A stretch of DNA of 64,000 nucleotides from an uncultured Gammaproteobacteria bacterium (lineage in GTDB: Bacteria; Cyanobacteriota; Vampirovibrionia; LMEP-6097): contig CAZKFA010000001.1 in NCBI GenBank assembly GCA_964551925.1, positions 16,281 to 80,280 on the forward strand, in the 5' to 3' direction. Below, piece after piece: positions 9,236 to 18,728 of the stretch (position 1 is its first letter; each line of letters starts with the position of its first letter). The notes under the pieces are model-generated. The model worked only from the letters and a program-made list of their open reading frames with translations. It had not been told where the DNA came from and made no database searches. The translations under genes and the position numbers were made by a program.

Positions 9236-11122
9236 ATGCTTAATATAAAGAACTTATTTCGAATTTTTATTGATACTGTATTAATTGCAGTAAGCTTTGT
9301 ATTAGCAACTTTTTTACGACTTGAAGGACATGTTACGACTAGTGCTGATAAATTTATTTGGCAAGTACAACTGTTTAAAATTTTACCTTTGATTGTTTTG
9401 GTGTTTGTATCTACTTTGATAGTGTTTAACAGCTATAGAAAATTCTGGCGTTATACCAGTGTCGATGAAATTATTCATCTGGCTAGATCTTTGTTTCTTG
9501 CTTCTCTTATTATTCTTACACCCCGTGTTTTTGGTCTCAGCCCACAAAATTTGGATTTGCTCGGTGTGTCTTATGGAGTAACCGTTATTAACTTTCTATT
9601 AGCCCTTGGACTGCTTAGTAGTGTTCGCTTATTTAGAGCGTATTTGGTTGAGAGACGTAATATTAAACGTCGTTTAGAATCCCTTGGTGGACACTTAAAG
9701 CGTACTTTGGTGATTGGTGCTGGTGAAGCGGGTTTGCAGGTTATTAAAACTATTGCTTCACATCCTGAACAAGGTTTGATGGTGGTGGCTGCTTTAGACG
9801 ATGATATTAAAAAACATGGCATGTTAATAACTAACAACGTCAAAGTCCTTGGACCTGTTGCTGATATTAAGTATTGGGTTGATGAATTGACCTGTGATCA
9901 GATCATTGTTGCGATACCAAGTTTGAGCCTGAGAGAGAAACGTAAGATTAATTTGCTTTGTAGTGAAACTGGCTTAGATATCAGGATTGTACCGGGTGTT
10001 GATCAGCTAGCTGGCGGTAAAGTCACAGTTCAGCAAATTCGCAAATTAAGTGTAGAAGATTTGTTAGGACGCGAGGAAGTTGATTTGACTAGTGAAGATG
10101 TTAATCGTTTCCTTAATAACAAAAGAGTTCTAGTAACAGGTGCTGGTGGTTCTATTGGTAGAGAGCTTTGTAAGCAATTATTATCCAAGTGTAATATTGC
10201 ACAGATTTGTTTGTTAGGTAAGGGTGAGAATTCTATTTTTGAAACCGAACAAGATCTTAAAGAACTTAACCTTAAATCGATTCCAGTTTATACTCGCATT
10301 GCTGATATTCGTGAAGCCAAGCGCATTGACAGTATTATTTCTGAATTTAAGCCGGATGTTGTTTTTCATGCCGCTGCGCACAAGCACGTTAATTTGATGG
10401 AGCTCAATCCTTGTGAGGCTTTTGAGAACAATGTAATAGGTACTCATAACTTAGCCCAGATATCTGGTAAGCATAAAGTTTCTGCTTTTGTCTTGATTAG
10501 TACTGATAAGGCTGTTAATCCAACTAGTATTATGGGCTGTACCAAGAACCTTGCTGAGAAGGCAATGTTAATGGTTTCAAGAATTTATCCAGAGACTAAA
10601 TATACAGCAGTGCGTTTTGGTAATGTGCTTGGTAGTCGCGGTTCTGTGTTAACTGTTTGGGAAAAACAATTACGTAGCGGGCAGGCACTGACTGTAACGC
10701 ATAAAGAGGCTATCCGCTATTTTATGACTATCCCGGAAGCTGCTCAGTTAGTGATTCAGGCAAGTTCAAGAGCCAAGAATGGTGAAGTGATGTTGCTTGA
10801 TATGGGTGAAGCAATTAAAATCTTTGATCTTGCTAAGCAATATATTCAGCTTTCAGGATTCACTCTAGAAGACGTTCCTATAGACGTAATTGGTTTGAAG
10901 CCTGGCGAGAAATTGTACGAAGAATTGCTGACAGCTGAGGAGTTTGTTGATTATAGGTTAACAGATAAAATATACAAAGCAAAGATTAATAATATTTTTG
11001 ATGATGAGCAATTACAAGCAGAAATAAATCAATTATATGAATTGTCTCAAGCAAATAAAGAAAAAGAACTTAGTGTCAAACTTAGAGAATTAACAGTTTC
11101 TGCTAATGCTATTATGCAATAG
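9236..11122 (+). CDS. Membrane-anchored UDP-sugar 4,6-dehydratase/epimerase (CapD/PglF/WbpM family polysaccharide biosynthesis protein)
   Basis: 4 N-terminal TM helices; two Rossmann sites 'VIGAGEAG' and 'VLVTGAGGSIGRELCKQL'; 'ISTDKAVNPTSIMGCTK' catalytic region; 628 aa. Confidence 0.75.
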   Translation: MLNIKNLFRIFIDTVLIAVSFVLATFLRLEGHVTTSADKFIWQVQLFKILPLIVLVFVSTLIVFNSYRKFWRYTSVDEIIHLARSLFLASLIILTPRVFGLSPQNLDLLGVSYGVTVINFLLALGLLSSVRLFRAYLVERRNIKRRLESLGGHLKRTLVIGAGEAGLQVIKTIASHPEQGLMVVAALDDDIKKHGMLITNNVKVLGPVADIKYWVDELTCDQIIVAIPSLSLREKRKINLLCSETGLDIRIVPGVDQLAGGKVTVQQIRKLSVEDLLGREEVDLTSEDVNRFLNNKRVLVTGAGGSIGRELCKQLLSKCNIAQICLLGKGENSIFETEQDLKELNLKSIPVYTRIADIREAKRIDSIISEFKPDVVFHAAAHKHVNLMELNPCEAFENNVIGTHNLAQISGKHKVSAFVLISTDKAVNPTSIMGCTKNLAEKAMLMVSRIYPETKYTAVRFGNVLGSRGSVLTVWEKQLRSGQALTVTHKEAIRYFMTIPEAAQLVIQASSRAKNGEVMLLDMGEAIKIFDLAKQYIQLSGFTLEDVPIDVIGLKPGEKLYEELLTAEEFVDYRLTDKIYKAKINNIFDDEQLQAEINQLYELSQANKEKELSVKLRELTVSANAIMQ

Positions 11123-11435
11123 GGAACATTGTTTGTAGCTTCATTGCAAGATTCATATCACCCTTGATTTTGAGCTTACCTTGCATAAATGCCATTTGAG
11201 AATTAAGTTTACCTTCACGAATAGCCATCCAGTCTTTATCGGCTAGAGCAATTTCAACAGAAGGAGTTGGTACTCCACCTTTGATTAAATTACAGACTCC
11301 ATTTTCAATTTTGAATGCCCAGATTCCGCCTTCTGGTCCAGAAATATTGAACTGATAAGTAGCATTTATACCACTAGCTGCTTTGGGGTTGAAATGTTTT
11401 AACATTTCATCAAATACATCACCGATTTTTACCAT
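11112..11435 (-). CDS. SCP2 sterol-carrier-like domain protein
   Basis: 107 aa; 'FKIENGVCNLIKGG...KLNSQMAFMQGKLKIKGDMNLAMKL' matches the SCP2 fold signature. Confidence 0.6.
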   Translation of the reverse strand: MVKIGDVFDEMLKHFNPKAASGINATYQFNISGPEGGIWAFKIENGVCNLIKGGVPTPSVEIALADKDWMAIREGKLNSQMAFMQGKLKIKGDMNLAMKLQTMFPIA

Positions 11436-11548
11436 AGATTTTATAGTCTAACAGATTTAGCATGGAATCGCAGTTAGGGACTGAAGATAATCCCCATTTT
11501 ACTAATAATTTAGTAATTAGAGCAAAATACTAAGATACAATAAAAATT

Positions 11549-12655
11549 ATGAGACTAAGAGAATACGAGGCAAAAGAACTATTTAGAGAAGCAGGTATCG
11601 CTACTCCAAAGGGCAAAGTAATAAAGTGTGCTGAAGAGGTTTTTTCAGTTAAGGAGTTTCCTTGTACTCTTAAGACACAAGTTCTTACTGGTGGGCGTGG
11701 TAAAGCTGGCGGTATTAAATTTGCTGATAACGCTAATGATGCTTATAAGAAAGCTCAAGATATTTTTAAATTACAAATCAAAGGTGATTTGCCTACTGCA
11801 ATTTTGGTTGAACCTAAAGTGGTTATCAAAAAAGAACTTTATGTTGCGATTCTGATTGATCGCGCCTATCGTGGTCCTATTATTATGGGAGCTGCTGAAG
11901 GTGGAATTGAAATTGAAACCTCTGGTAATGTACAAATAGTTCCAGTGACAGCTGGTAATTATCATCCGTTCCTTGGGCGCAAAATGGCTACTCTATTGGG
12001 TTTGAAGGGTAAGGATGTTTTGAAGTTTGGTAGTATTATTGATAAGCTTTGGCAAGTTTACACTCAATATGATTGTGATTTGACTGAAATTAATCCTTTG
12101 ATTATTGATGGTGATGATAATTTCGTCGCACTTGATGGCAAAGTTACTATTAATGAAGATGCGCTTGATAGACAACCACGTTTCGATGGTAAGCTTGCTG
12201 AACATCTTACTGACCTTGGTGAAAGAGAGTTTAAAGGCAAAATGTGCGATCTGAATATCGTTGAGCTTGAAGGTAATATCGGTATCCTCTGTAATGGAGC
12301 GGGTTTGACAATGGCTACTATGGATTTAGTTTTTCATCATGGTGGTAAGCCATCTAACTTCTTAGATGTTGGCGGTGGTGCTAGTAAGGAGCACGTTGCA
12401 AGAGCTTTAGATTTAGTGGCATCGAGCAAAGATGTAAAAGTTCTTTTGGTAAATATTCTTGGTGGAATTACTGATTGTACTGAAGTCGCTAACGCGCTTA
12501 AATACTATAAAGAAATTAGACCGGACGCTAAGATGGTTGTAAGGCTGGTTGGTAATAATGAAGAAGCAGCAGCTAAGATCATGACAGAGGCCGGCATTCC
12601 CACTACTAATATATTAGACGAGGCAGTAAAGAAGGCAGTTGCAACAGCAGCTTAG
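11549..12655 (+). CDS. sucC: Succinate--CoA ligase (ADP-forming) beta subunit
   Basis: 'MRLREYEAKELF...GIATPKG' ATP-grasp N-terminus; followed immediately by sucD. Confidence 0.9.
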   Translation: MRLREYEAKELFREAGIATPKGKVIKCAEEVFSVKEFPCTLKTQVLTGGRGKAGGIKFADNANDAYKKAQDIFKLQIKGDLPTAILVEPKVVIKKELYVAILIDRAYRGPIIMGAAEGGIEIETSGNVQIVPVTAGNYHPFLGRKMATLLGLKGKDVLKFGSIIDKLWQVYTQYDCDLTEINPLIIDGDDNFVALDGKVTINEDALDRQPRFDGKLAEHLTDLGEREFKGKMCDLNIVELEGNIGILCNGAGLTMATMDLVFHHGGKPSNFLDVGGGASKEHVARALDLVASSKDVKVLLVNILGGITDCTEVANALKYYKEIRPDAKMVVRLVGNNEEAAAKIMTEAGIPTTNILDEAVKKAVATAA

Positions 12656-12664
12656 GAGTTTATC

Positions 12665-13543
12665 ATGGCAATATTAATTAACAAAAACACAAAAGTAGTA
12701 GTTCAAGGTATCACTGGTGCTATGGGGCAGACTCATACTAAGCTAATGCAAAAATACGGCACTAAAATTGTCGCTGGTGTTACACCAGGTAAAGGTGGAC
12801 AAGAGATTAATGGCATACCTGTTTTTGATTCAGTGCAAGAAGCTGTAACTAAAACTGGTGCTAACTGTTCAGTGATTTTTGTACCTCCGTATCTAGCTTT
12901 AGATGCGGCTCTTGAAGCAATTGATGCTGGTGTTCCATTGATTTCTGTTATCACTGAAGGTCTACCACCACAAGATGCTGTTAAATTGCATGCCCAAGCT
13001 GAGGCCAAAGGAGTGTTAGTTAATGGTCCAAATTGTCCTGGAATTATTACTCCAGGAGAGTGTTTGATTGGTATTCATCCGGGTTCAATTTATTCTGCTG
13101 GTAGAGTTGGATTGATTTCTCGTTCTGGAACTTTGACTTATGAGATTGGTCTAGGTTTGAAACAAGCAGGTATTGGTATCTCAACAGCTGTTGGTATTGG
13201 TGGCGATCCAATTATTGGTATCGATCAAATCAAGTCATTAGAACTATTTGAGAATGATCCTGAGACTGATTTGATTATCCTTGTCGGTGAGATTGGTGGT
13301 ACTGCTGAAGAAGATGCTGCTGAGTATATTAAGTCTCATATCAAGAAACCTGTTATTGGTTATATCGCTGGTAGAACCGCTCCAGAAGGCAAACGTATGG
13401 GGCATGCTGGTGCAATCATCTCTGGCAATAAGGGTACAGCTCAATCTAAGACTGAAGCTTTTCAAGCTGCCGGTGTGAAGGTAGCTAAGACTCCTAGCGA
13501 AATTATTGAACTTGTTAAAGCTCAAGTTGCAGTTGCGGCGTAA
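12665..13543 (+). CDS. sucD: Succinate--CoA ligase alpha subunit
   Basis: CoA-binding 'VVVQGITG', phospho-His region 'GHAGAIISG'; 292 aa. Confidence 0.9.
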   Translation: MAILINKNTKVVVQGITGAMGQTHTKLMQKYGTKIVAGVTPGKGGQEINGIPVFDSVQEAVTKTGANCSVIFVPPYLALDAALEAIDAGVPLISVITEGLPPQDAVKLHAQAEAKGVLVNGPNCPGIITPGECLIGIHPGSIYSAGRVGLISRSGTLTYEIGLGLKQAGIGISTAVGIGGDPIIGIDQIKSLELFENDPETDLIILVGEIGGTAEEDAAEYIKSHIKKPVIGYIAGRTAPEGKRMGHAGAIISGNKGTAQSKTEAFQAAGVKVAKTPSEIIELVKAQVAVAA

Positions 13544-13544
13544 C

Positions 13545-13569
13545 TTTACTATACACTGTATAGTAAAGA
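13545..13569. repeat. 25-bp perfect palindrome CTTTACTATACACTGTATAGTAAAG (copy of the iterated TATACA-S-TGTATA element), exactly filling the gap between the convergent sucD and secA stop codons
   Basis: Read directly: the reverse complement equals itself; flanked by the stops at 13543 and 13570. Confidence 0.8.
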
Positions 13570-16422
13570 CTAGGCTGCTTTTGCTCTAACTTCTATCTGT
13601 GAGTGATAGAGTAATATGATTGTATTTCTTTTGATGTCAGCGAGCAGCTCGTCGAACATATCAAAGCTCTCTCTCTTATATTCAATTAATGGATCTTTTT
13701 GAGCATAGCCACGTAAGTGTATACCTTCCTTGAGTGAGTCCATCCCATGCAAGTGACTGATCCACTTCGTATCTATGACGTGGAGCATGATTTGTCTTTC
13801 GGCTTCACGTATAACATCAAGTCCTAATTGCTTTTCTTTTGTAGAATACAGATCGATAGTGCATTTGCGTGCCTGTGTTAGTAAGGAGTCGAAGCCAGAT
13901 TCACTAAAGCTTTCAATTGGATCTATAGACCGAATTACATCTTCTGTGAAATCAGCTTTGAGCTGTCCAAAGATTTGTGCAATTGGACTTAACCCCTGCG
14001 AATCATCATACCAAAGTTCTGTTGGTAAATTTGGGCTAATATGGGTGTAAATAATATGGTCAACATGCTCTTGAATCATTTTGACAATATTCTCATGTAT
14101 GTCGCTTCCTTCAAGGATTTCACGACGCTCTCTGTAAATAACTTCTCTTTGTGTGTTAATAACATCGTCATATTGAAGTACATGCTTTCTCATATCAAAA
14201 TGATAGGCTTCAACTTTTTTCTGAGAGTTATTGATGGCACTGCTAATGATGCTAGCTTCGATTGGTAAGTCCTCATCAGCATTAAGCATATTCATTATGC
14301 CAACTACTTTCTCGCCACCAAAAATCCTCATTAAATTGTCTTCTAGAGATAGATAGAATCTTGCCTGTCCAGGATCTCCTTGGCGAGCGCATCTACCACA
14401 TAGCTGATTATCAATTCTACGGCTTTCATGTCTTTCACTACCAATAACATATAGTCCACCAGCCTTAAGAACCTCTTGCTGAGCCTCTTTGTCGACTACA
14501 TTGTAGTTTGGGTTGTTAGGATCACTTGATAAGTGACCACCTAGAATAATATCAGTGCCTCGTCCTGCCATATTAGTAGCAATTGTGATTGCGCCAGGTC
14601 TTCCAGCTTCTCGAATGATCTGAGCTTCTTTTTGGTGATGTTTTGCGTTTAATACATTAAATTTCAAGCCATTACGAATAGCTTCCAGTAGATTAATTGA
14701 GTTCATGACACTGTCAATAGCAAACACAAGATCTTCTTTTGGTTTGCTTTCTGTTTCATAGATGACATCAACCATTTTTTGGAAGTCAATTGCTTTGAGG
14801 TTAGCCGGTCTTTCTAGTGTTTTGCTGAATTCCTGTAGTAACGCTTTGGTCTTTGCATTGTTTGTTAATAGTTTAGTAAGGCGTTTGATCCTAAACTCTA
14901 ACACGCCTAATGTGTGAACTGGGCGTGAAAGTATCTCAGCAATTGCTTCTGACTTCTCTATGCTCGTAGTACCAATAAGTACCGGCATGCCATTATTATG
15001 TGCGGCAATGATGTCTTCAGCGATTGCGATGAATTTAATCTTTTCATTTTTGTAAACAATATCATTGAGGATTGTGCGTGCATTAGATTTGTTTGTAGGT
15101 ATCTGTAGAACACCAAGGTTATAAATTTTCTCAAATTCTTCAGCTTCAGTGAGAGCAGTACCAGTCATCCCCGAGAGCTTAGGATATAGTCTGAATAAGT
15201 TTTGGAAGGTAATGCTTGCCATTGTTAGAGTCTCTTCTTGAATAGGGACTCCTTCTTTGGCTTCGATGGCTTGATGTAAGCCATCACTCCAGCGACGCCC
15301 TTCCATTAAGCGTCCAGTAAATTCATCGACAATAACAATTTCATTGCGGTTAGACTTCTCACCTTTCTTGACTATATAGTCAACGTCTTTTGTAAATAAT
15401 TCTTTAGCTCTTAGAGCTTGTATTAAATGCTGTGCTAGATTGAGTTCTGGGTCCCATAGGTCTTTGACTTTGAGGATTTGTTCGGCGGCTTTAATGCCAG
15501 AATCATTGAGGATTACGTTCTTTGCTTTCTCGTCAACGTAATAATGAGCATGTTCTGCAATATCTTTCTCTGATTCCCCCTTTTGTAATTGTTTTGCAAC
15601 TTTGTTCATGCTTAGGTATATTTCTTTGCGTCTAGCATCAGGCATGCCGCTGATAATCAAAGGAGTCCTAGCTTCATCTATAAGAATACTGTCTACCTCG
15701 TCTATGATTGCCATGTAGTAAGGACGTTGAACGCAATCCTGAAGGCTTGTCTCCATATTGTCTCTTAAATAATCAAAACCAAATTCGTTGTTTGTACCAT
15801 AAGTTATGTCACAAGCATATGCTTCTCTACGATCTTCATGTTCCATTCCAGAAATAATTAAGCCAACACTAAGTCCTAAGAATTTATATAGCTTGCCCAT
15901 CCATTCAGAATCTCGACGTGCGAGGTAATCATTGACAGTGATCACGTGTACTCCGCGACCAGTAAGGGCATTAAGATAGGCTGGTAGAGTACAAACCAAG
16001 GTCTTACCCTCACCTGTCTGCATTTCAGCGATGCCGCCTCTGTGTAATTGAATACCACCAATTAATTGCACATCAAAATGGCGCATCTGTAAAACTCGTT
16101 TAGCGGCTTCTCTACATACAGCAAAGGCTTCTGGTAAAATCTGATTAAGAATTTGAGCAAGAACTCTATCATGAGAAGTTCTTAATTGCCCAGGCATTTT
16201 TGCAACATCATCTTTGATGAGCTTGATATATTCGACAGCAGTAAGTGACTCTTTAATCCTGTTTTTGAATTCAGTTGTTTTGGCTTGCAATTCAGCATCA
16301 GTAAGAGCCGCAATTTCTTGCTCTAGTTTGTTAACTAAATCAACAGTGGGTCTTATCTCTACTAATAGTTTCTCGTTGGGATCTCCCCAAAACGCCTTCA
16401 ATACTTGCTGTAACATCAGCAA
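13570..16422 (-). CDS. secA: Preprotein translocase ATPase SecA
   Basis: 950 aa; DEAD-like motor, 'TNMAGRGTDI', preprotein cross-linking and helical scaffold domains; unmistakable SecA. Confidence 0.95.
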   Translation of the reverse strand: MLMLQQVLKAFWGDPNEKLLVEIRPTVDLVNKLEQEIAALTDAELQAKTTEFKNRIKESLTAVEYIKLIKDDVAKMPGQLRTSHDRVLAQILNQILPEAFAVCREAAKRVLQMRHFDVQLIGGIQLHRGGIAEMQTGEGKTLVCTLPAYLNALTGRGVHVITVNDYLARRDSEWMGKLYKFLGLSVGLIISGMEHEDRREAYACDITYGTNNEFGFDYLRDNMETSLQDCVQRPYYMAIIDEVDSILIDEARTPLIISGMPDARRKEIYLSMNKVAKQLQKGESEKDIAEHAHYYVDEKAKNVILNDSGIKAAEQILKVKDLWDPELNLAQHLIQALRAKELFTKDVDYIVKKGEKSNRNEIVIVDEFTGRLMEGRRWSDGLHQAIEAKEGVPIQEETLTMASITFQNLFRLYPKLSGMTGTALTEAEEFEKIYNLGVLQIPTNKSNARTILNDIVYKNEKIKFIAIAEDIIAAHNNGMPVLIGTTSIEKSEAIAEILSRPVHTLGVLEFRIKRLTKLLTNNAKTKALLQEFSKTLERPANLKAIDFQKMVDVIYETESKPKEDLVFAIDSVMNSINLLEAIRNGLKFNVLNAKHHQKEAQIIREAGRPGAITIATNMAGRGTDIILGGHLSSDPNNPNYNVVDKEAQQEVLKAGGLYVIGSERHESRRIDNQLCGRCARQGDPGQARFYLSLEDNLMRIFGGEKVVGIMNMLNADEDLPIEASIISSAINNSQKKVEAYHFDMRKHVLQYDDVINTQREVIYRERREILEGSDIHENIVKMIQEHVDHIIYTHISPNLPTELWYDDSQGLSPIAQIFGQLKADFTEDVIRSIDPIESFSESGFDSLLTQARKCTIDLYSTKEKQLGLDVIREAERQIMLHVIDTKWISHLHGMDSLKEGIHLRGYAQKDPLIEYKRESFDMFDELLADIKRNTIILLYHSQIEVRAKAA

Positions 16423-16425
16423 TAA

Positions 16426-17292
16426 TTATACTTCATAACCTTTCATAAGTACTCTAAGTTTTTGTAAAACTTTCATGTGTAATTGAGAGGCTCTTGATTC
16501 TGAGACACCAAGAACGTCACCAATTTCTCTAAATGTAAGCTTTTGATAGTGGTATAAAGCGACAACTAAGCGGTCCCTTTGGCTTAAGTTAGAAATGGCT
16601 TGTTTTAGTTTTTCCTTCAATAATTGACGTTCAGTATAGTCCTCTTGAGACTCACTGTTGCTAGCAAGGTTATCTAGTAAAGAAATTTTTGAATCTTCAA
16701 AAGGTCGAGTTGCTTCAGTTGAGTCTAGTGAGAATACAATTGAGTTTGCCTCTCGTTTCATTGTGCGCAAATCTTCAGAGTCGATATCTAGGACTTTTTT
16801 AACTTCAGCATCAGTAGGAGCACGTCCTAATTGTTTTTCTAGAATAATTACGGCCTCGTTGAATTTCTTAACTCTTGTTCTTCCTGTTCTGCTGAGGAAA
16901 TCTCTTGATCTTAGGAAGTCTAGAATCTCACCTCGAACACGATTAATTGCAAAAGTCTCAAATGAGCATTTTTGTTGAGGATCAAATCTGTCAACGGCTT
17001 CAATTAAACCAATAGTTCCATAACCTAATAAATCTTCTCTATCAAAGTCAGCAGTTTCAATATGTGGAAATCTACCAATAACCCAATTAACTATAAAAGC
17101 GTATCTTTTGATTAGAGTCTCGCGTAAATGAGCTGGACGGTTTTGAGCGTTATATTTATTCCAGAGCCTGATAGATTCTTCTTTGTCTCTTAGTTTGGCA
17201 TCGCTGCGAGATAAGTCTCTAGACTGTTCTGTCAAGCTTTTGCTTTTAGCTGATTGAATCACCGAATTTTCTTTTGCCTTAGAGTCTTTCAT
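16426..17292 (-). CDS. Sigma-70 family sigma factor, FliA/WhiG/SigF (group 3) type
   Basis: 288 aa; region 2 'FAINRVRGEILDFLR', region 4 HTH 'LTFREIGDVLGVSESRASQLH'. Confidence 0.8.
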   Translation of the reverse strand: MKDSKAKENSVIQSAKSKSLTEQSRDLSRSDAKLRDKEESIRLWNKYNAQNRPAHLRETLIKRYAFIVNWVIGRFPHIETADFDREDLLGYGTIGLIEAVDRFDPQQKCSFETFAINRVRGEILDFLRSRDFLSRTGRTRVKKFNEAVIILEKQLGRAPTDAEVKKVLDIDSEDLRTMKREANSIVFSLDSTEATRPFEDSKISLLDNLASNSESQEDYTERQLLKEKLKQAISNLSQRDRLVVALYHYQKLTFREIGDVLGVSESRASQLHMKVLQKLRVLMKGYEV

Positions 17293-17303
17293 AGTTTCAC
17301 CAA

Positions 17304-17666
17304 TTACATAATCCCCAATCTTTCTTCACGCAAGGCTAGTTGCGCTTTGATATATTCTTTACGACGTTTTTTCTGTTCAGAAATATTTTTTATGCAGCGA
17401 TGCTGCATATAGTGTCCCCATACGGCTCCTATGCAAAAACCGATTACCCCAAAAATTATGGAGAATTTGATACTTGCCAAAACCATATTTGCTAGATCAA
17501 AATTTATTTGTTTGACATTTAGTATGCTTGAAGTGAAATGGATTGAAAAAGAACCAATCCATAGTAGTAGGCATAGCTTAATGCCAATATTGCGATAAGC
17601 TTTGAACTGATCTTGTAAGGACTCTTTTATGAAAGCTTGTCCTTCAAATAAACCTTTGATTGCCAT
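17304..17666 (-). CDS. Hypothetical small membrane protein (3 TM)
   Basis: 120 aa hydrophobic ORF downstream of the sigma factor gene. Confidence 0.4.
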   Translation of the reverse strand: MAIKGLFEGQAFIKESLQDQFKAYRNIGIKLCLLLWIGSFSIHFTSSILNVKQINFDLANMVLASIKFSIIFGVIGFCIGAVWGHYMQHRCIKNISEQKKRRKEYIKAQLALREERLGIM

Positions 17667-17820
17667 TTGGATATATCCTTCTAAGGCATTATTCCAACAA
17701 AGTAGCTAGTCTTGGCTTCACTCCAATGACCCAATTTATATAAAAAACTAAGAATAATAATATTTCTACACTAGGCTAAAAAACCTAGCTATAAGGTTTT
17801 GGATCTAAACCATACCAAAC

Positions 17821-18594
17821 TTAACCACAGTAGAGAAGAGGGGTAATTATTCCATCTAGAATGACTATGCCTACTAAGACTAAGGCTGTGGCCTTGGTTG
17901 TAGTCATGCCAACTTCTTTAGCACCACCTTCACAAAGCAACCCCATGACCATATTTAGGGTGAGAGCAAAAACACAAAATATTTCTACTTTGATAAGTGG
18001 ATAGAATAATTCTTTAAGAGTAAGTGCGCTCCAAGCGGAATTGAGGAACTCTGTGAATTCTAGATTTACTGATACTTTTGCAACTAACATTCCAGCTAGA
18101 ATGCTAATCAAAGAAGCAATGCCTAATAGTAAAGGTGCTACAACTATTACAGCAAGTAGGTTTGGTGTGATTAGATAATATATTGGATCTATTTTAAAAA
18201 CCTTAAGTGCGTCAACTTGTTCTGTTACTTTCATTGTTGAGAATTCTGCAGTCAAAGCTGTTCCACAACAAGCTGACAAAGCGAATGCAATAAAAATTGG
18301 TACTATCTCACGTAAATTGGCGATGGCAATGAGTCCACCGACTAATTCTCTGCCACCATGATTTGTTAGTTCTATTGAAGTGTTGACGGTTAGAATCATT
18401 GCAGCAATTGATGTCAGAATAACAACCATTGGTATTGATTCATAACCTAAAAAAATCAAACTTTTGATAAAGCGTTCGAAGTTGATTTTAAATTTGATTA
18501 TATATAGAAAAGCTTTTGATAAATGTAAAACAAAACTACCAAGTAATTCCATTGGACCTACGTGGATTGATGATTTGTCGTAAAGTTTATACAT
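17821..18594 (-). CDS. mlaE: MlaE-family ABC transporter permease (phospholipid/lipid retrograde transport)
   Basis: 257 aa; 'ELVGGLIAIANLREIVPIFIAFALSACCGTALTAEFSTMKVTEQVDAL' is the conserved MlaE core. Confidence 0.8.
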   Translation of the reverse strand: MYKLYDKSSIHVGPMELLGSFVLHLSKAFLYIIKFKINFERFIKSLIFLGYESIPMVVILTSIAAMILTVNTSIELTNHGGRELVGGLIAIANLREIVPIFIAFALSACCGTALTAEFSTMKVTEQVDALKVFKIDPIYYLITPNLLAVIVVAPLLLGIASLISILAGMLVAKVSVNLEFTEFLNSAWSALTLKELFYPLIKVEIFCVFALTLNMVMGLLCEGGAKEVGMTTTKATALVLVGIVILDGIITPLLYCG

Positions 18595-18728
18595 AGAATT
18601 TCGTCTAAGCTAATTCTAACATTAGACTTTGATTTGTAATTACTCAGGTCATTATAGACAAACGGAAATATTGCTGTCATTGATGACGGCTGAGTAGTTA
18701 GTTTGATTTCATCTAGCACCTGCTAAAA

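Noticed and set aside
13775-14268. Two plus-strand ORFs (91 and 75 aa) inside secA
   Set aside because: Antisense to secA; no independent support.
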